Shown here: positions 42,901 through 53,484 of the stretch, piece after piece
Layout: each line of letters opens with the position of its first letter
Position numbering within the stretch: the first letter of the stretch is position 1
IMG/VR virus record: IMGVR_UViG_637000265_000001
Reading direction: 5' to 3' (one strand)
Source of the DNA: a virus
Taxonomy: Duplodnaviria > Heunggongvirae > Uroviricota > Caudoviricetes
Length of the DNA stretch: 64,000 nt
Position numbers and translations under genes: made by a program
Notes under the pieces: model-generated
The model's database searches: none
Seen by the model: the letters and a program-made list of their open reading frames with translations, nothing else
What the model was told of the DNA's origin: nothing

Positions 42901-42990
42901 TTACCATATCCACCCAATTTCACCAGACATGATTCTCGCAATCACTATTATCACCAAAGTGATAATCACAACTTTAACTGGCGGCATCAT
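42901..42990 (-). CDS. 29-aa hydrophobic peptide (MMPPVKVVIITLVIIVIARIMSGEIGWIW)
   Basis: Not in the track. ATGA overlap with the stop of the upstream DUF551 gene. Single TM segment. Confidence 0.3.
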   Translation of the reverse strand: MMPPVKVVIITLVIIVIARIMSGEIGWIW

Positions 42991-43826
42991 TCACCATCCT
43001 GCTCCGGCGGTTCTAGCAGCGGCATCCAGTGGGTTACGTCATCCAAGATATTTCCTGATAAATATGTGAAAGCTCTATATTTTTTGTAATCAATTGGACT
43101 CATTACCCAGTTCCAATATGCTGCCACTATTTGACCTTGACTAAATGCCAGTAACATTTTGGTGTCTTCCGGCATTCGCTCACTACAGCTTATCCAACCA
43201 TCCGGAGTTACCGGATAGTTGCGCATTGCGACCTTTAATGCCTCATAGAAGCAACCTTTCAGATTGTTGAACTGACGCCCATTTAGCGGGCCATGTTCAG
43301 TCAGCATGTTGTGTAATTTCCATGCCGCGTCGTTTACTTCGTTGGATGACAGGGGAGGCAACTTGTAAGTTTGGCTTACAGGTTCGGCACCATGAAGCAT
43401 GGCGTCGCTCCGCTCTATGCCATCCAGCGCGATTCGTAGTGCCTGAATTGTGGTAGAGCTATCGTTTGGGGCTATTCCATATCGCTCGAATACAGCTAAA
43501 TGGTTGCGCATAATCTCAGGCGTAAGCTCTTTGTAAGCATAAGCGAGAGGCTCTGATGCATTATCCGGCACAACCGACGCAGGCGCGGCAGCATAAACAG
43601 GAATAACGTCCGCTTGCTCTTTATTGCTTTCATCCGTTAAAGCCCAGAATAATTTCCCGGCCGGATGTTTGAAAATATAAGCAACTGGCTCTGCTTCCAG
43701 CGATGCCAGTGCAATTCGTGCCAGTTCTTCCGCTTCTTCTGCTGGCAGTACAACGTTGCTACCAGGTCCGTATGTTTCGCGCCACTGCTTGATTGTCAGT
43801 AGTCGCTCTTTGGTAATAGTGGTCAT
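42987..43826 (-). CDS. DUF551-domain early protein
   Basis: Internal ATG 43826 of the tracked ORF. C-terminal ..GWISCSERMPED....THWMPLLEPP is the DUF551 signature as I remember it. Confidence 0.65.
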   Translation of the reverse strand: MTTITKERLLTIKQWRETYGPGSNVVLPAEEAEELARIALASLEAEPVAYIFKHPAGKLFWALTDESNKEQADVIPVYAAAPASVVPDNASEPLAYAYKELTPEIMRNHLAVFERYGIAPNDSSTTIQALRIALDGIERSDAMLHGAEPVSQTYKLPPLSSNEVNDAAWKLHNMLTEHGPLNGRQFNNLKGCFYEALKVAMRNYPVTPDGWISCSERMPEDTKMLLAFSQGQIVAAYWNWVMSPIDYKKYRAFTYLSGNILDDVTHWMPLLEPPEQDGE

Positions 43827-43827
43827 C

Positions 43828-44484
43828 TCACTCTCCTTTGATGCGAATGCCAGTAGCGCGGATTGCATCGATGACTTCAGAAACTTTGTATGCCATTACC
43901 GTTTGGTAATCCTCGTGAAAATCTGTTCGATGAAGCATGCTGCTACGTTCCGGGAGCAGTATTTCCCGCTCCTCCAGTTCTGCTATGCGCTTCTCTGCGG
44001 ATTCCAGCTTCTCGCGCATATCGTCAACGTACTCGACCAGAGAACCGCCAGCAGGAATTTCGCACTCCTCGACCAGTTGGAAGTAGATATCAGCTGCGGC
44101 CCGTGTGTTGCTATACCTAGCGTCGCCCATCTCACCTTCACGAAGAGCATCGCGTTCGGCGGTAAGATTGGCTATTTTGCTGTCTTTGCCTTCCAGCTCA
44201 ACGCGCAGCTTCCCTACCGTTAGCGCAATATCCTCGTTCTCCTGGTCGCGGGATTTGATGTATTGCTGGTTCCTTTCCCGTTCATCCAGTAGTGCCAAAG
44301 CAATCTTTGGATTAAAGGCAGCAATAAATTCAGCGTTGTTTTTCAGAACGTGTTGCGCAATGGCCTGACTACTTAGTCGGACCTCATAACCACGTGCGCC
44401 ACGGTGTGGTTTATATGAGTCCCAGTCTCCCCACGTTGCCTTCTCTGCCGCCTCACGCAGTGCCTGATAGTCAATCTTGCTCAC
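43828..44484 (-). CDS. Ead/Ea22-like coiled-coil early protein
   Basis: ..AAEKATWGDW...AEFIAAFNPKIALALLDERE.. is a typical Ea22-family N-terminus. Confidence 0.65.
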   Translation of the reverse strand: MSKIDYQALREAAEKATWGDWDSYKPHRGARGYEVRLSSQAIAQHVLKNNAEFIAAFNPKIALALLDERERNQQYIKSRDQENEDIALTVGKLRVELEGKDSKIANLTAERDALREGEMGDARYSNTRAAADIYFQLVEECEIPAGGSLVEYVDDMREKLESAEKRIAELEEREILLPERSSMLHRTDFHEDYQTVMAYKVSEVIDAIRATGIRIKGE

Positions 44485-44788
44485 TGGTTGTCTCCTTTGC
44501 TTGGCCTTCTAACTTCTGAGTGGTTGTATCAAACTCAAACAACTTAACCACGTCATCAAACAGGACATAATCGCCATCAGAATCTTCAGTCATGTCAGCG
44601 CCACAATCCTGACCGAACGAGTCACAACCATCCATATCAAGCTCGTATCGCTTCAGGTTTGCGATATTTGATAAATTCAGCGCCAGTACAGCCAGGTCAT
44701 AAACCTCGTCAGCGGTATACCCTGCACCATGTCCATACATTTCAATGCGGGATATGATTTCTTCTAACCGTTGTTTTGTGATTGTCAT
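44471..44788 (-). CDS. hypothetical acidic early protein (105 aa)
   Basis: Tracked ORF. Confidence 0.45.
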   Translation of the reverse strand: MTITKQRLEEIISRIEMYGHGAGYTADEVYDLAVLALNLSNIANLKRYELDMDGCDSFGQDCGADMTEDSDGDYVLFDDVVKLFEFDTTTQKLEGQAKETTSEQD

Positions 44789-44890
44789 TTTTGCTCACCA
44801 CTCTGTTCTTCCAGAAAAATACGCATAGCCTCAAGCATCTCTTCGGTGTCATACGGTGACAACTTGTCACGCAGGATGTGTTCAATGCTG

Positions 44891-45247
44891 TTAATGAACT
44901 TGCGGATTCCTTCGCGTTTCAATTTCAGCCAGGAAAGCGTCGGTGGCTGGGGTTTCAGTAACATCATCTTCCCATTCGCTAAACTCCTCACGACAAAAGT
45001 CATTAAATTCCTTCTCAGATTGCTTAAGTGAGGTATTTTCAGCAGCCATCTTCGCGCATTTAGCCTCAAGGTTATCAATCGTGATTCCAGCAGAACGACA
45101 CTCCCGCAACGCCGTTTCCAGTTTTGATTCAAGTTCACCGAACTTACGCACCAGATATTCAGTGTTTGTTTCGTTCACCTTTAAATCTCGGGGGATGCAT
45201 TTACCTTTCAGAAAACCATCCATCTCAATTAGTGACATTTGTTTCAT
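44891..45247 (-). CDS. hypothetical coiled-coil early protein, possibly frameshifted at its 3' end
   Basis: ATG 45247 (MKQMSLIEM..) is ATGA-coupled to the upstream 54-aa ORF. The overlapping tracked ORF 44785..45138 continues in another frame. Confidence 0.45.
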   Translation of the reverse strand: MKQMSLIEMDGFLKGKCIPRDLKVNETNTEYLVRKFGELESKLETALRECRSAGITIDNLEAKCAKMAAENTSLKQSEKEFNDFCREEFSEWEDDVTETPATDAFLAEIETRRNPQVH

Positions 45248-45408
45248 TTCTTCCCACTCCGCCACATCGCATTCAGATATTTGTTTTGATTCACTGAAGG
45301 AAAAGAATTTCTTTTAAGCAATTCCTCTCTCGATGGCATTGGCTTTACGCGTTGGCGAATAATCATTTCTGCCGGAAGAATGCCGGGATTGTATGCAAGT
45401 CTTCTCAT
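45244..45408 (-). CDS. hypothetical 54-aa protein
   Basis: Not in the track. AGAGGA RBS. Stop overlaps the next ATG. Confidence 0.35.
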   Translation of the reverse strand: MRRLAYNPGILPAEMIIRQRVKPMPSREELLKRNSFPSVNQNKYLNAMWRSGKK

Positions 45409-45424
45409 GATTAATTCCTCTTTG

Positions 45425-45739
45425 TTAATTTATTTGTATGCCTGCTCTTTCTTCATCGAGTTTTTTTAGCTTGTATCGCATAGCTCTTACTGAATAAATT
45501 GAGCGGCAGGTTGCAATTGCTATTTCTTCTGCGGAGAACTTACCGAAAAGTGATACTTCGGCTCTTGTCCATCGTCTTCCACGAAGTCGGCTAACAATGT
45601 CAGCGCCAATCCTTGTTGCTTTCGCCATTACTGCTTTTTCAGTCCTTTCCAGTTTTTCAGCGATAACTTCAACTGGCATTGTCGCCGCTACTTCGCGTAA
45701 GAAATCGACTTCCCATTTCTCCCATGGAGTCTTTTTCAT
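45425..45739 (-). CDS. hypothetical protein with two SANT/Myb-like W-x-x-x-E repeats (104 aa)
   Basis: Tracked ORF with WEKWEVDFL and [11 protein letters not shown] motifs. Confidence 0.45.
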   Translation of the reverse strand: MKKTPWEKWEVDFLREVAATMPVEVIAEKLERTEKAVMAKATRIGADIVSRLRGRRWTRAEVSLFGKFSAEEIAIATCRSIYSVRAMRYKLKKLDEERAGIQIN

Positions 45740-45750
45740 AGGCGATACCG

Positions 45751-46233
45751 TTATTTGATAAGAAGTGAAGGTTTCCCAACCTTGAGTTGAGCGCCTGGGA
45801 TATTTATTCCTGCTTTTAGTTGGTGCTTGATTGCCAACTTGTCGGGTTTAATTGTCGTTTCGAACTCAACGTATTCAGGAGGAAGGGCGCTTGAGTCGAA
45901 GATTTCTACAGTTTCTGACGATTTGCGGATTGTTACCTGGTGAATACCTGCTCGAATCTTTTTCTTGCCAACCATTTCAAGCGATGACGCTATATACGCC
46001 ATAATGCTGTTAATCTTATTTTGAATTACTGCGGCTCGCTCATTTAGTGACTTTGCCTCTTCCTTGAGGCGTTCAGCATAACCAGTTTCATTTTTAATGA
46101 CGGAAAGAAGTTGCTCTATTTTATCGGTAAATTCTCCTTCCATGCCTTCTATTGTGTCAGCAATCATCTCTGGTTCTAAATCTGAATCCATCAATTTTGC
46201 GTATTCATTGGCAATTTCATACAGTTTGCTCAC
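45751..46233 (-). CDS. Siphovirus Gp157-family protein (host nuclease inhibitor-like)
   Basis: Tracked ORF 45751..46239. GTG 46233 behind GGAGG is preferred. Lies next to RecT, as is usual for this family. Confidence 0.55.
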   Translation of the reverse strand: MSKLYEIANEYAKLMDSDLEPEMIADTIEGMEGEFTDKIEQLLSVIKNETGYAERLKEEAKSLNERAAVIQNKINSIMAYIASSLEMVGKKKIRAGIHQVTIRKSSETVEIFDSSALPPEYVEFETTIKPDKLAIKHQLKAGINIPGAQLKVGKPSLLIK

Positions 46234-47119
46234 TGGCAACCTCCAGTTTCGCTTTGCATTCTATGTAAATGGCTTGTACGTTCTGCTGCAATTTCATTCC
46301 AGATGTCAGGCGATATGCTTCTGCAAAATATCGCTTCAAATCATCCATGTTTTCTGCCTGAGCCATTTCATCGCAAAGAAGTTGTGCTTTATCCATTATT
46401 TCCTGCTGGCGTTTCCGTTCATCTTCGCGGATATCTTCCTCTGATTTGTGCGGCATAACTGGTTCCTGATGCATACCTTCATCTTCGTTAAGCAGGTGAA
46501 TGGCATTATCCAGTCGCTGGGCTTTAGGCCAGTATTTGCTGGCGCGTTTAATTATTGTTTTACGCGCCATCTCTTCCCAGAATGTTTTCCACGGTCCATT
46601 CTTTGCCTTGCTCGTTGCTTCCACAGCTTTAATTTCTGCCAGACTCATTTCTTCAGTCAGGTAGTCACCATCTGCTGTTTTAACCGTGCAATAACCTCCA
46701 ACAATAGAGCCTCGCTCACCAAATGCGTTGTATTTGTGGGTTGGTGCTGAATCAAGGCCATTTGATTCATAGGTGTCGTTTGAGTACACCAGTTTGCATT
46801 GCCCCCACTTAATTGATCCTGTCGATTGCGCAAGATGAAGTAATCCCATGTAACTGATATCAAGGCACACCATGCCGTCGCGAGGAACCAGATAAGCCAG
46901 TTTGCTGGCCGGGTTTAAGGTGATGCCGATCGCCGCAACATTGATGATGGCGTTCTGTGCGCTGGTTGGATTTGCCAGTGCCGTTTTAGCCAGGTAATCA
47001 TTTTTCTGGAAATACTGAATTGCAAACTGGCTTTCCTTAGCCCATGTCACCGTCTGTTCAGTCAATGCTCCGCAGAATAACTGCTCTTGCTGTTTAACGA
47101 ATTCAACGATATTGCTCAT
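46217..47119 (-). CDS. recT: RecT-family single-strand annealing recombinase
   Basis: ..NVAAIGITLNPASKLAYLVPRDG..GPW..F.EEMARKT.IKR..KYWP is a RecT signature. Confidence 0.85.
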   Translation of the reverse strand: MSNIVEFVKQQEQLFCGALTEQTVTWAKESQFAIQYFQKNDYLAKTALANPTSAQNAIINVAAIGITLNPASKLAYLVPRDGMVCLDISYMGLLHLAQSTGSIKWGQCKLVYSNDTYESNGLDSAPTHKYNAFGERGSIVGGYCTVKTADGDYLTEEMSLAEIKAVEATSKAKNGPWKTFWEEMARKTIIKRASKYWPKAQRLDNAIHLLNEDEGMHQEPVMPHKSEEDIREDERKRQQEIMDKAQLLCDEMAQAENMDDLKRYFAEAYRLTSGMKLQQNVQAIYIECKAKLEVASEQTV

Positions 47120-47427
47120 GCAGCTTCTCCATAAATATGTCTGCGTTTGAATATTGCGAAGGCATATTCAGCCTTAACTCTTTCGGTTATTGCATCCCAG
47201 AACCATTCAGCGGCTTTTTCCTGATAGTTACAGTCATCATCTTCCAGCCAGTCGATAGCGTCCTTAGTGTGTTCATCTGGCTTATATGAGCGAAGCATTT
47301 CGCTTATTGGGTCGCAACGTTTGCAGAGGCGATCAACTTCACTGTTGATTCGTTCGTAATCTTCATCAGTAAAACTTGCGATTATTTGCGATATTTCACG
47401 CTTATCATTCAGAGTCAGAATCATCAT
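47116..47427 (-). CDS. hypothetical early protein (103 aa)
   Basis: Tracked ORF. Confidence 0.45.
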   Translation of the reverse strand: MMILTLNDKREISQIIASFTDEDYERINSEVDRLCKRCDPISEMLRSYKPDEHTKDAIDWLEDDDCNYQEKAAEWFWDAITERVKAEYAFAIFKRRHIYGEAA

Positions 47428-47698
47428 CTTTCTCCTGTTCTTTGTGCTGATTGAGCATTTTGTTCATCTGACGAATGAATTCTTCGTCTGACCAGTTATC
47501 TGTAAAACTCATGGACGGCCTTGTTGTTTCAAAATATCCCAAAGCTTTTCGAGCAAACTTTTCATTCTTGGTTGTTTAAAGTCTGCTCCGGTTAAAATAT
47601 TTTTTCGTGAATGCTGTACCGATAAAATCGGGTTGAAAGGGCGGGTAATGCTGCCAACTTACTGATTTAGTGTATGATGGTGATTTTAAGGTGCTTGC

Positions 47699-47974
47699 GT
47701 GGCTTCCATTTCCATCAGATGTCCTTCCTGCTCCGCTACTGAAGGCGTGGTGCGTAACGGCAAAAGCACTGCCGGACATCAGCGCTATCTCTGCTCTCAT
47801 TGCCGTAAAACATGGCAACTACAGTTCACTTACACCGCCTCTCAGCCCGGTACGCACCAGAAAATCATTGATATGGCCATGAATGGCGTCGGATGTCGCG
47901 CCAGTGCACGCATTATGGGCGTTGGCCTCAACACGGTTTTACGTCACTTAAAAAACTCAGGCCGCAGTCGGTAA
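47699..47974 (+). CDS. insA: IS1 InsA
   Basis: [43 protein letters not shown].. The A-run frameshift site TTAAAAAACTC lies near 47947. Confidence 0.9.
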   Translation: MASISIRCPSCSATEGVVRNGKSTAGHQRYLCSHCRKTWQLQFTYTASQPGTHQKIIDMAMNGVGCRASARIMGVGLNTVLRHLKNSGRSR

Positions 47975-48396
47975 CCTCGCGCATACAACCGGGCAGTGAT
48001 GTGATTGTCTGCGCTGAAATGGACGAACATTGGGGCTACGTCGGTGCTAAATCACGTCAGCGCTGGCTGTTTTACGCGTATGACAGGATACGGAGGACGG
48101 TTGTGGCGCACGTCTTCGGTGAACGCACTCTGGCCACACTGGAGCGTCTTCTGAGCCTGCTGTCGGCCTTTGAGGTCGTGGTATGGATGACGGATGGCTG
48201 GCCGCTGTATGAATCACGCCTGAAGGGAAAGCTGCACGTTATCAGCAAGCGTTACACTCAGCGCATTGAGCGACATAATCTGAATCTGAGACAACATCTG
48301 GCAAGGCTGGTACGGAAGTCACTGTCGTTCTCAAAATCGGTGGAGCTGCATGACAAGGTCATCGGGCATTATCTGAACATAAAACACTATCAGTAA
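47893..48396 (+). CDS. insB: IS1 InsB frame (expressed as InsAB' fusion)
   Basis: 167-aa tracked ORF, a typical IS1 InsB. Confidence 0.9.
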   Translation: MSRQCTHYGRWPQHGFTSLKKLRPQSVTSRIQPGSDVIVCAEMDEHWGYVGAKSRQRWLFYAYDRIRRTVVAHVFGERTLATLERLLSLLSAFEVVVWMTDGWPLYESRLKGKLHVISKRYTQRIERHNLNLRQHLARLVRKSLSFSKSVELHDKVIGHYLNIKHYQ

Positions 48397-48520
48397 GTTG
48401 GAGTCATTACCGAAAGGGCGAACCGATGCCGCCCCTGCAATAGCGAACTGTTGCATAGGATGCTCCTTCTGTTTGATTGCATAACGAAAACGCCTCGAGT
48501 GAAGCGTTATTGGTATGCAT

Positions 48521-48546
48521 ATAAAAAGGCCCTCACATTGGAGGGC
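48521..48546 (-). terminator. intrinsic terminator in the pL operon upstream of the cIII-like gene
   Basis: On the minus strand GCCCTC-CAATGT-GAGGGC is followed by CTTTTTAT. Confidence 0.5.
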
Positions 48547-48703
48547 AAAGAAGATTTCCAATAATCAGAACAAGTCGGCTCCTGTTTAGTTACGAGCGAC
48601 ATTGCTCCGTGTATTCACTCGTTGGAATGAATACACAGTGCAGTGTTTATTCTGTTATTTATGCCAAAAATAAAGGCCACTATCAGGCAGCTTTGTTGTT
48701 CTG

Positions 48704-48883
48704 TTAACCAAGTTCTCTGGCAATCATTGCCGTCGTTCGTATTGCCCATTTATCGACATATTTCCCATCTTCCATTACAGGAAACATTTCTTCAGGCTTA
48801 ACCATGCATTCCGATTGCAGCTTGCATCCATTGCATCGCTTGAATTGTCCACACCATTGATTCTTATCAATAGTCGTAGTCAT
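48704..48883 (-). CDS. ral: restriction-alleviation protein Ral, 59 aa (premature TAA versus the 66 aa I remember for lambda)
   Basis: MTTTIDKNQWCGQFKRCNGCKLQSECMVKPEEMFPVMEDGKYVDKWAIRTTAMIARELG then stop. Lambda continues KQNNKAA. Confidence 0.8.
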   Translation of the reverse strand: MTTTIDKNQWCGQFKRCNGCKLQSECMVKPEEMFPVMEDGKYVDKWAIRTTAMIARELG

Positions 48884-48963
48884 ACGGATAGTCCTGGTAC
48901 TGTTCCATTACATCCTGCGGATGCTCTTCGAACTCTTCAAATTCTTCTTCCATATATCACCTT
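48877..48963 (-). CDS. lambda orf28-like acidic peptide (MEEEFEEFEEHPQDVMEQYQDYPYDYDY)
   Basis: Not in the track. Same sequence context as in lambda upstream of ral. Confidence 0.4.
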
Positions 48964-49080
48964 AAATAGTGGATTGCGGTAGTAAAGATTGTGCCTGTCT
49001 TTTAACCACATCAGGCTCGGTGGTTCTCGTGTACCCCTACAGCGAGAAATCGGATAAACTATTACAACCCCTACAGTTTG

Positions 49081-49632
49081 ATGAGTATAGAAATGGATCC
49101 ACTCGTTATTCTCGGACGAGTGTTCAGTAATGAACCTCTGGAGAGAACCATGTATATGATCGTTATCTGGGTTGGACTTCTGCTTTTAAGCCCAGATAAC
49201 TGGCCTGAATATGTTAATGAGAGAATCGGTATTCCTCATGTGTGGCATGTTTTCGTTTTTGCTCTTGCATTTTCGCTAGCAATTAATGTGCATCGATTAT
49301 CAGCTATTGCCAGCGCCAGATATAAGCGATTTAAGCTAAGAAAACGCATTAAGATGCAAAACGATAAAGTGCGATCAGTAATTCAAAACCTTACAGAAGA
49401 GCAATCTATGGTTTTGTGCGCAGCCCTTAATGAAGGCAGGAAGTATGTGGTTACATCAAAACAATTCCCATACATTAGTGAGTTGATTGAGCTTGGTGTG
49501 TTGAACAAAACTTTTTCCCGATGGAACGGGAAGCATATATTATTCCCTATTGAGGATATTTACTGGACTGAATTAGTTGCCAGCTATGATCCATATAATA
49601 TTGAGATAAAGCCAAGGCCAATATCTAAGTAA
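49081..49632 (+). CDS. sieB: superinfection exclusion protein B
   Basis: ..MDPLVILGRVFSNEPLERTMYMIVIWVGLLLLSPDNWPEY.. matches lambda SieB as remembered. The tracked ORF starts at TTG 49078. Confidence 0.88.
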   Translation: MSIEMDPLVILGRVFSNEPLERTMYMIVIWVGLLLLSPDNWPEYVNERIGIPHVWHVFVFALAFSLAINVHRLSAIASARYKRFKLRKRIKMQNDKVRSVIQNLTEEQSMVLCAALNEGRKYVVTSKQFPYISELIELGVLNKTFSRWNGKHILFPIEDIYWTELVASYDPYNIEIKPRPISK

Positions 49633-49956
49633 CTAGGTAAGAGGAATCGATTTTCCCTTAATTTTCTGGCGTCCACTGCATGTTATGCCGCGTTCGCCAG
49701 GCTTGCTGTACCATGTGCGCTGATTCTTGCGCTCAATACGTTGCAGGTTGCTTTCAATCTGTTCGTGGTATTCAGCCAGCACCGTAAGGTCTATCGGATT
49801 CAGTGCGCTTTCTACTCGTGATTTCGGTTTGCGATTCAGCGAGAGAATAGGGCGGTTAACTGGTTTTGCGCTTACCCCAACCAACAGGGGATTTGCTGCT
49901 TTCCATTGAGCCTGTTTCTCTGCGCGACGTTCGCGGCGGCGTGTTTGTGCATCCAT
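49633..49956 (-). CDS. N: antitermination protein N (lambda type, 107 aa)
   Basis: MDAQTRRRERRAEKQAQWKAANPLLVGVSAKPVNRPILSLNRKPKSRVESALNPIDLT.. is lambda N. Internal ATG of tracked ORF 49633..50046. Confidence 0.93.
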   Translation of the reverse strand: MDAQTRRRERRAEKQAQWKAANPLLVGVSAKPVNRPILSLNRKPKSRVESALNPIDLTVLAEYHEQIESNLQRIERKNQRTWYSKPGERGITCSGRQKIKGKSIPLT

Positions 49957-50066
49957 CTGGATTCTCCTGTCAGTTAGCTTTGAGTAACGCGCCGTGATGC
50001 TTATCTCCACGGTTGCTGTCTTGCAGCTGCATTTCGCGCTACTCAAAGCTTTCTGCTTTGAATGCT

Positions 50067-50081
50067 GCCCTTCTTCAGGGC
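50067..50081 (-). promoter_or_regulatory. nutL boxB
   Basis: The minus strand reads GCCCTGAAGAAGGGC, the lambda nutL boxB hairpin. Confidence 0.85.
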
Positions 50082-50142
50082 TAAATTTTTAAGAGCCTCA
50101 CCTTCAATGGTGGTTAGTGCGTCCTGCTGATGGCTTAAAATT

Positions 50143-50210
50143 ACAAGAAAGATTGTGTGCTGCAAACAAGAAATATTGTAAAAATAGGCATGAAAAACAA
50201 ACTCCATTGT
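50143..50210. promoter_or_regulatory. phage 434-type OL operators (three 14-bp ACAA-N6-TTGT sites) with pL
   Basis: ACAAGAAAGATTGT (50143-50156), ACAAGAAATATTGT (50166-50179), ACAAACTCCATTGT (50197-50210). Confidence 0.85.
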
Positions 50211-50260
50211 TTTTAAACGGAAAATAGTTTGTTTTTTGGCTGTCGAAATCGAGGTGAGGA

Positions 50261-51613
<1,353 letters not shown>

Positions 51614-51621
51614 GACATTCC

Positions 51622-51653
51622 CGCTCTTACACATCCCAGCCCTGAAAAAGGGC
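51622..51653 (+). promoter_or_regulatory. nutR (boxA CGCTCTTA, boxB GCCCTGAAAAAGGGC)
   Basis: Exact lambda nutR motifs at 51622-51629 and 51639-51653. Confidence 0.9.
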
Positions 51654-51680
51654 ATCAAATTAAACCACACCTATGGTGTA

Positions 51681-53106
51681 TAATGCCAGTCAGTTAAGCA
51701 ACTGACTGGCTCTTTTTCGGGGCTGTGGGGTATTTCCAGGGCCTCTCCTTTACCACTCTCGGGAAGGCCCTTCCCCTTCTCGTCGGTAATTTCACAAGTT
51801 GTCCCATACTTGCAAGATCGCGCATCAGCTCCGGTATACGTCCCGGTGAAGCGCCCTGCAATGTCATCAGCATTCTCATCACCATTCCGCATGATTCTGA
51901 GAAACTCAGTTGATTCGGCCAGTAACCTTTCAGATGTTCCGCCATTTTAATCATCTGATATCTCACCAGATTATAAGCCAGTAAGACACCCCACAGCTCT
52001 TGCTCCACAAGCTCCGGCTTTTTACTTCTCAGCGTCAGCCTGCTCAGTTGCATCGTCTGTTTTATCTCCCTGTATCCCAGTTCGATTTCCCAGCGATGAC
52101 TGTACAGATCCGCCATTTCTCCTCCGGGGAAGCGCATGGCGTCCGTCATCGACGTCAGCAGATGGCAGACTTTTCCTTTGCGCGTCACGGTCAGCAGGCG
52201 GGCTGTCACTTCATTTCCCAGTCCCGGCCACTTTTTTCGTGCCTGCGGGCTGGTTTTCAGCTTCACCAGATGATCGCCTTTACCCAGTTTTCTGAGCTCT
52301 TCATATTGCGCTCCCTTTCTGAGAGGTATCATCCAGTGGCGGTGTTCTCCCGCCAGGCTCCAGCCATTTAACAGTCCCAGTGAGTAATAACCTTTATCCA
52401 TTAACGTCAGAGTGTTATCGCCGGTTTGTTCTATAAGTTGCTCAGCAAGCTCATTTTCGCTGTTCTTCATCGTGCCGAAGGCTGCAGCCGTCAGCAGATG
52501 GCTGGTCAGTTCCATCTGGCAGACCATTTTGACCTGCGGGTAGAGCGCCGGGTTCCCGGCATGTGTCTGGCGGGGGAAGGCTGCATCGTTCTCTGGTGTA
52601 TCCGGTGTGCGCCAGAACACACCATCGATGGCCAGCAGGGTCAGGCCGCACCAGTGCGGATGCGGCGTGGCGTTATGCCAGAGCTGCGCTGTTTTCGTGA
52701 ACACGCGGCGGACAGCCTCACTTCCCAGGCGCTGGCGGGCCTGAATAACGGCACTGGGGGCAACGAAGGGGCGATTGCCCGGCAGCATGATGTCCAGGCG
52801 ATTCACAATCTGGTGAAGAGGTTCTTTACGCTCAAGCACCATGCCAACAATACACCAGACCATCATTTCGAGGGGAAGACGGCGCTTGCGTAGCGTTACA
52901 GTACCTGATTCGGCAAGGCAACGAGAGATGAGTTCGGGGGCGAGGTAATCCCCCAGAGAAGTCAGTGGGTTACGCAGAGAATCGTAACGGGATACCAGAT
53001 CAAGAGCCTGTCCAATGTGCATAAAAGAATCCGGAAACAAGTGAGCGTTTCCGGATTCTTACACAGCCACTGGATCGGTCAACTGATCCTTAACTGATCG
53101 GCATTA
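51681..53106 (-). mobile_element. IS4, 1426 bp, with 13-bp target duplication CACCTATGGTGTA
   Basis: Ends TAATGCC... / ...GGCATTA. Direct repeats at 51668-51680 and 53107-53119. The uninterrupted target equals the lambda tR1 region. Confidence 0.95.
51694..53022 (-). CDS. insG: IS4 transposase InsG (442 aa)
   Basis: [27 protein letters not shown].. Internal ATG of tracked ORF 51694..53040. Confidence 0.92.
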   Translation of the reverse strand: MHIGQALDLVSRYDSLRNPLTSLGDYLAPELISRCLAESGTVTLRKRRLPLEMMVWCIVGMVLERKEPLHQIVNRLDIMLPGNRPFVAPSAVIQARQRLGSEAVRRVFTKTAQLWHNATPHPHWCGLTLLAIDGVFWRTPDTPENDAAFPRQTHAGNPALYPQVKMVCQMELTSHLLTAAAFGTMKNSENELAEQLIEQTGDNTLTLMDKGYYSLGLLNGWSLAGEHRHWMIPLRKGAQYEELRKLGKGDHLVKLKTSPQARKKWPGLGNEVTARLLTVTRKGKVCHLLTSMTDAMRFPGGEMADLYSHRWEIELGYREIKQTMQLSRLTLRSKKPELVEQELWGVLLAYNLVRYQMIKMAEHLKGYWPNQLSFSESCGMVMRMLMTLQGASPGRIPELMRDLASMGQLVKLPTRRGRAFPRVVKERPWKYPTAPKKSQSVA

Positions 53107-53171
53107 CACCTATGGTGTATGCATTTATTTGCATACATTCAATCAATTGTTATCTAAGGAAATACTTACAT

Positions 53172-53450
53172 ATGCAACTTACAAGTACTCGCAAGAAAGC
53201 GAATGCAATTACAAGCAACATCCTGAATCGAATTGCTGTACGTGGTCAGCGAAAGGTTGCCGACGCGTTAGGGGTTAATGAATCGCAAATTTCGCGATGG
53301 AAAGACAGCTTCATCCCCAAAATGGGAATGCTTCTGGCTGTTCTTGAATGGGGTGTTGAAGACGAGGAGTTGGCGGAACTGGCTAAGCAAGTAGCCAGAA
53401 TGCTGACAAAAGAAAAAGCCCCGAAGAACGGCGAATTCTTCGAGGCCTAA
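53172..53450 (+). CDS. cII: cII-type lysogeny activator (92 aa)
   Basis: Lambda cII leader TTATCTAAGGAAATACTTACATATG. Conserved ..SQISRWK....PK..MLLAVLEWGV. Confidence 0.85.
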   Translation: MQLTSTRKKANAITSNILNRIAVRGQRKVADALGVNESQISRWKDSFIPKMGMLLAVLEWGVEDEELAELAKQVARMLTKEKAPKNGEFFEA

Positions 53451-53484
53451 TGTAGAAAGACTGGATCAATCCACGGGAGTAATT

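Larger units (their letters stand above)
47644..48411 (+). mobile_element. IS1, 768 bp, with 9-bp target duplication GAAAGGGCG
   Basis: Ends GGTAATGCTGCCAACTTACTGAT / ..AAGTTGGAGTCATTACC. Direct repeats at 47635-47643 and 48412-48420. Confidence 0.95.
47509..48456 (-). pseudogene. cIII-like gene interrupted by IS1 after codon 15
   Basis: ATG 48456 behind AGGAG. MQQFAIAGAASVRPF | IS1 | NPILSVQHSRKNILTGADFKQPRMKSLLEKLWDILKQQGRP. The M-Q-x-AIAG start and position between ral and the recombination genes match lambda cIII. Confidence 0.55.

Noticed and set aside
42860-43069. Plus-strand 69-aa ORF in the early-left region
   Set aside because: It is antisense to the DUF551 gene and the small TM peptide and has no RBS.
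47576-47818. 80-aa minus-strand ORF and 47670..47882 plus-strand ORF at the IS1 left end
   Set aside because: They span the IS1 boundary or lie antisense/out of frame to insA. They are artefacts of the insertion.
48331-48561. 76-aa minus-strand ORF MEIFFALQCEG.. crossing the IS1 right end
   Set aside because: Its C-terminal part is IS1 sequence. The real feature is the cIII-like ORF starting at 48456 that IS1 interrupts.
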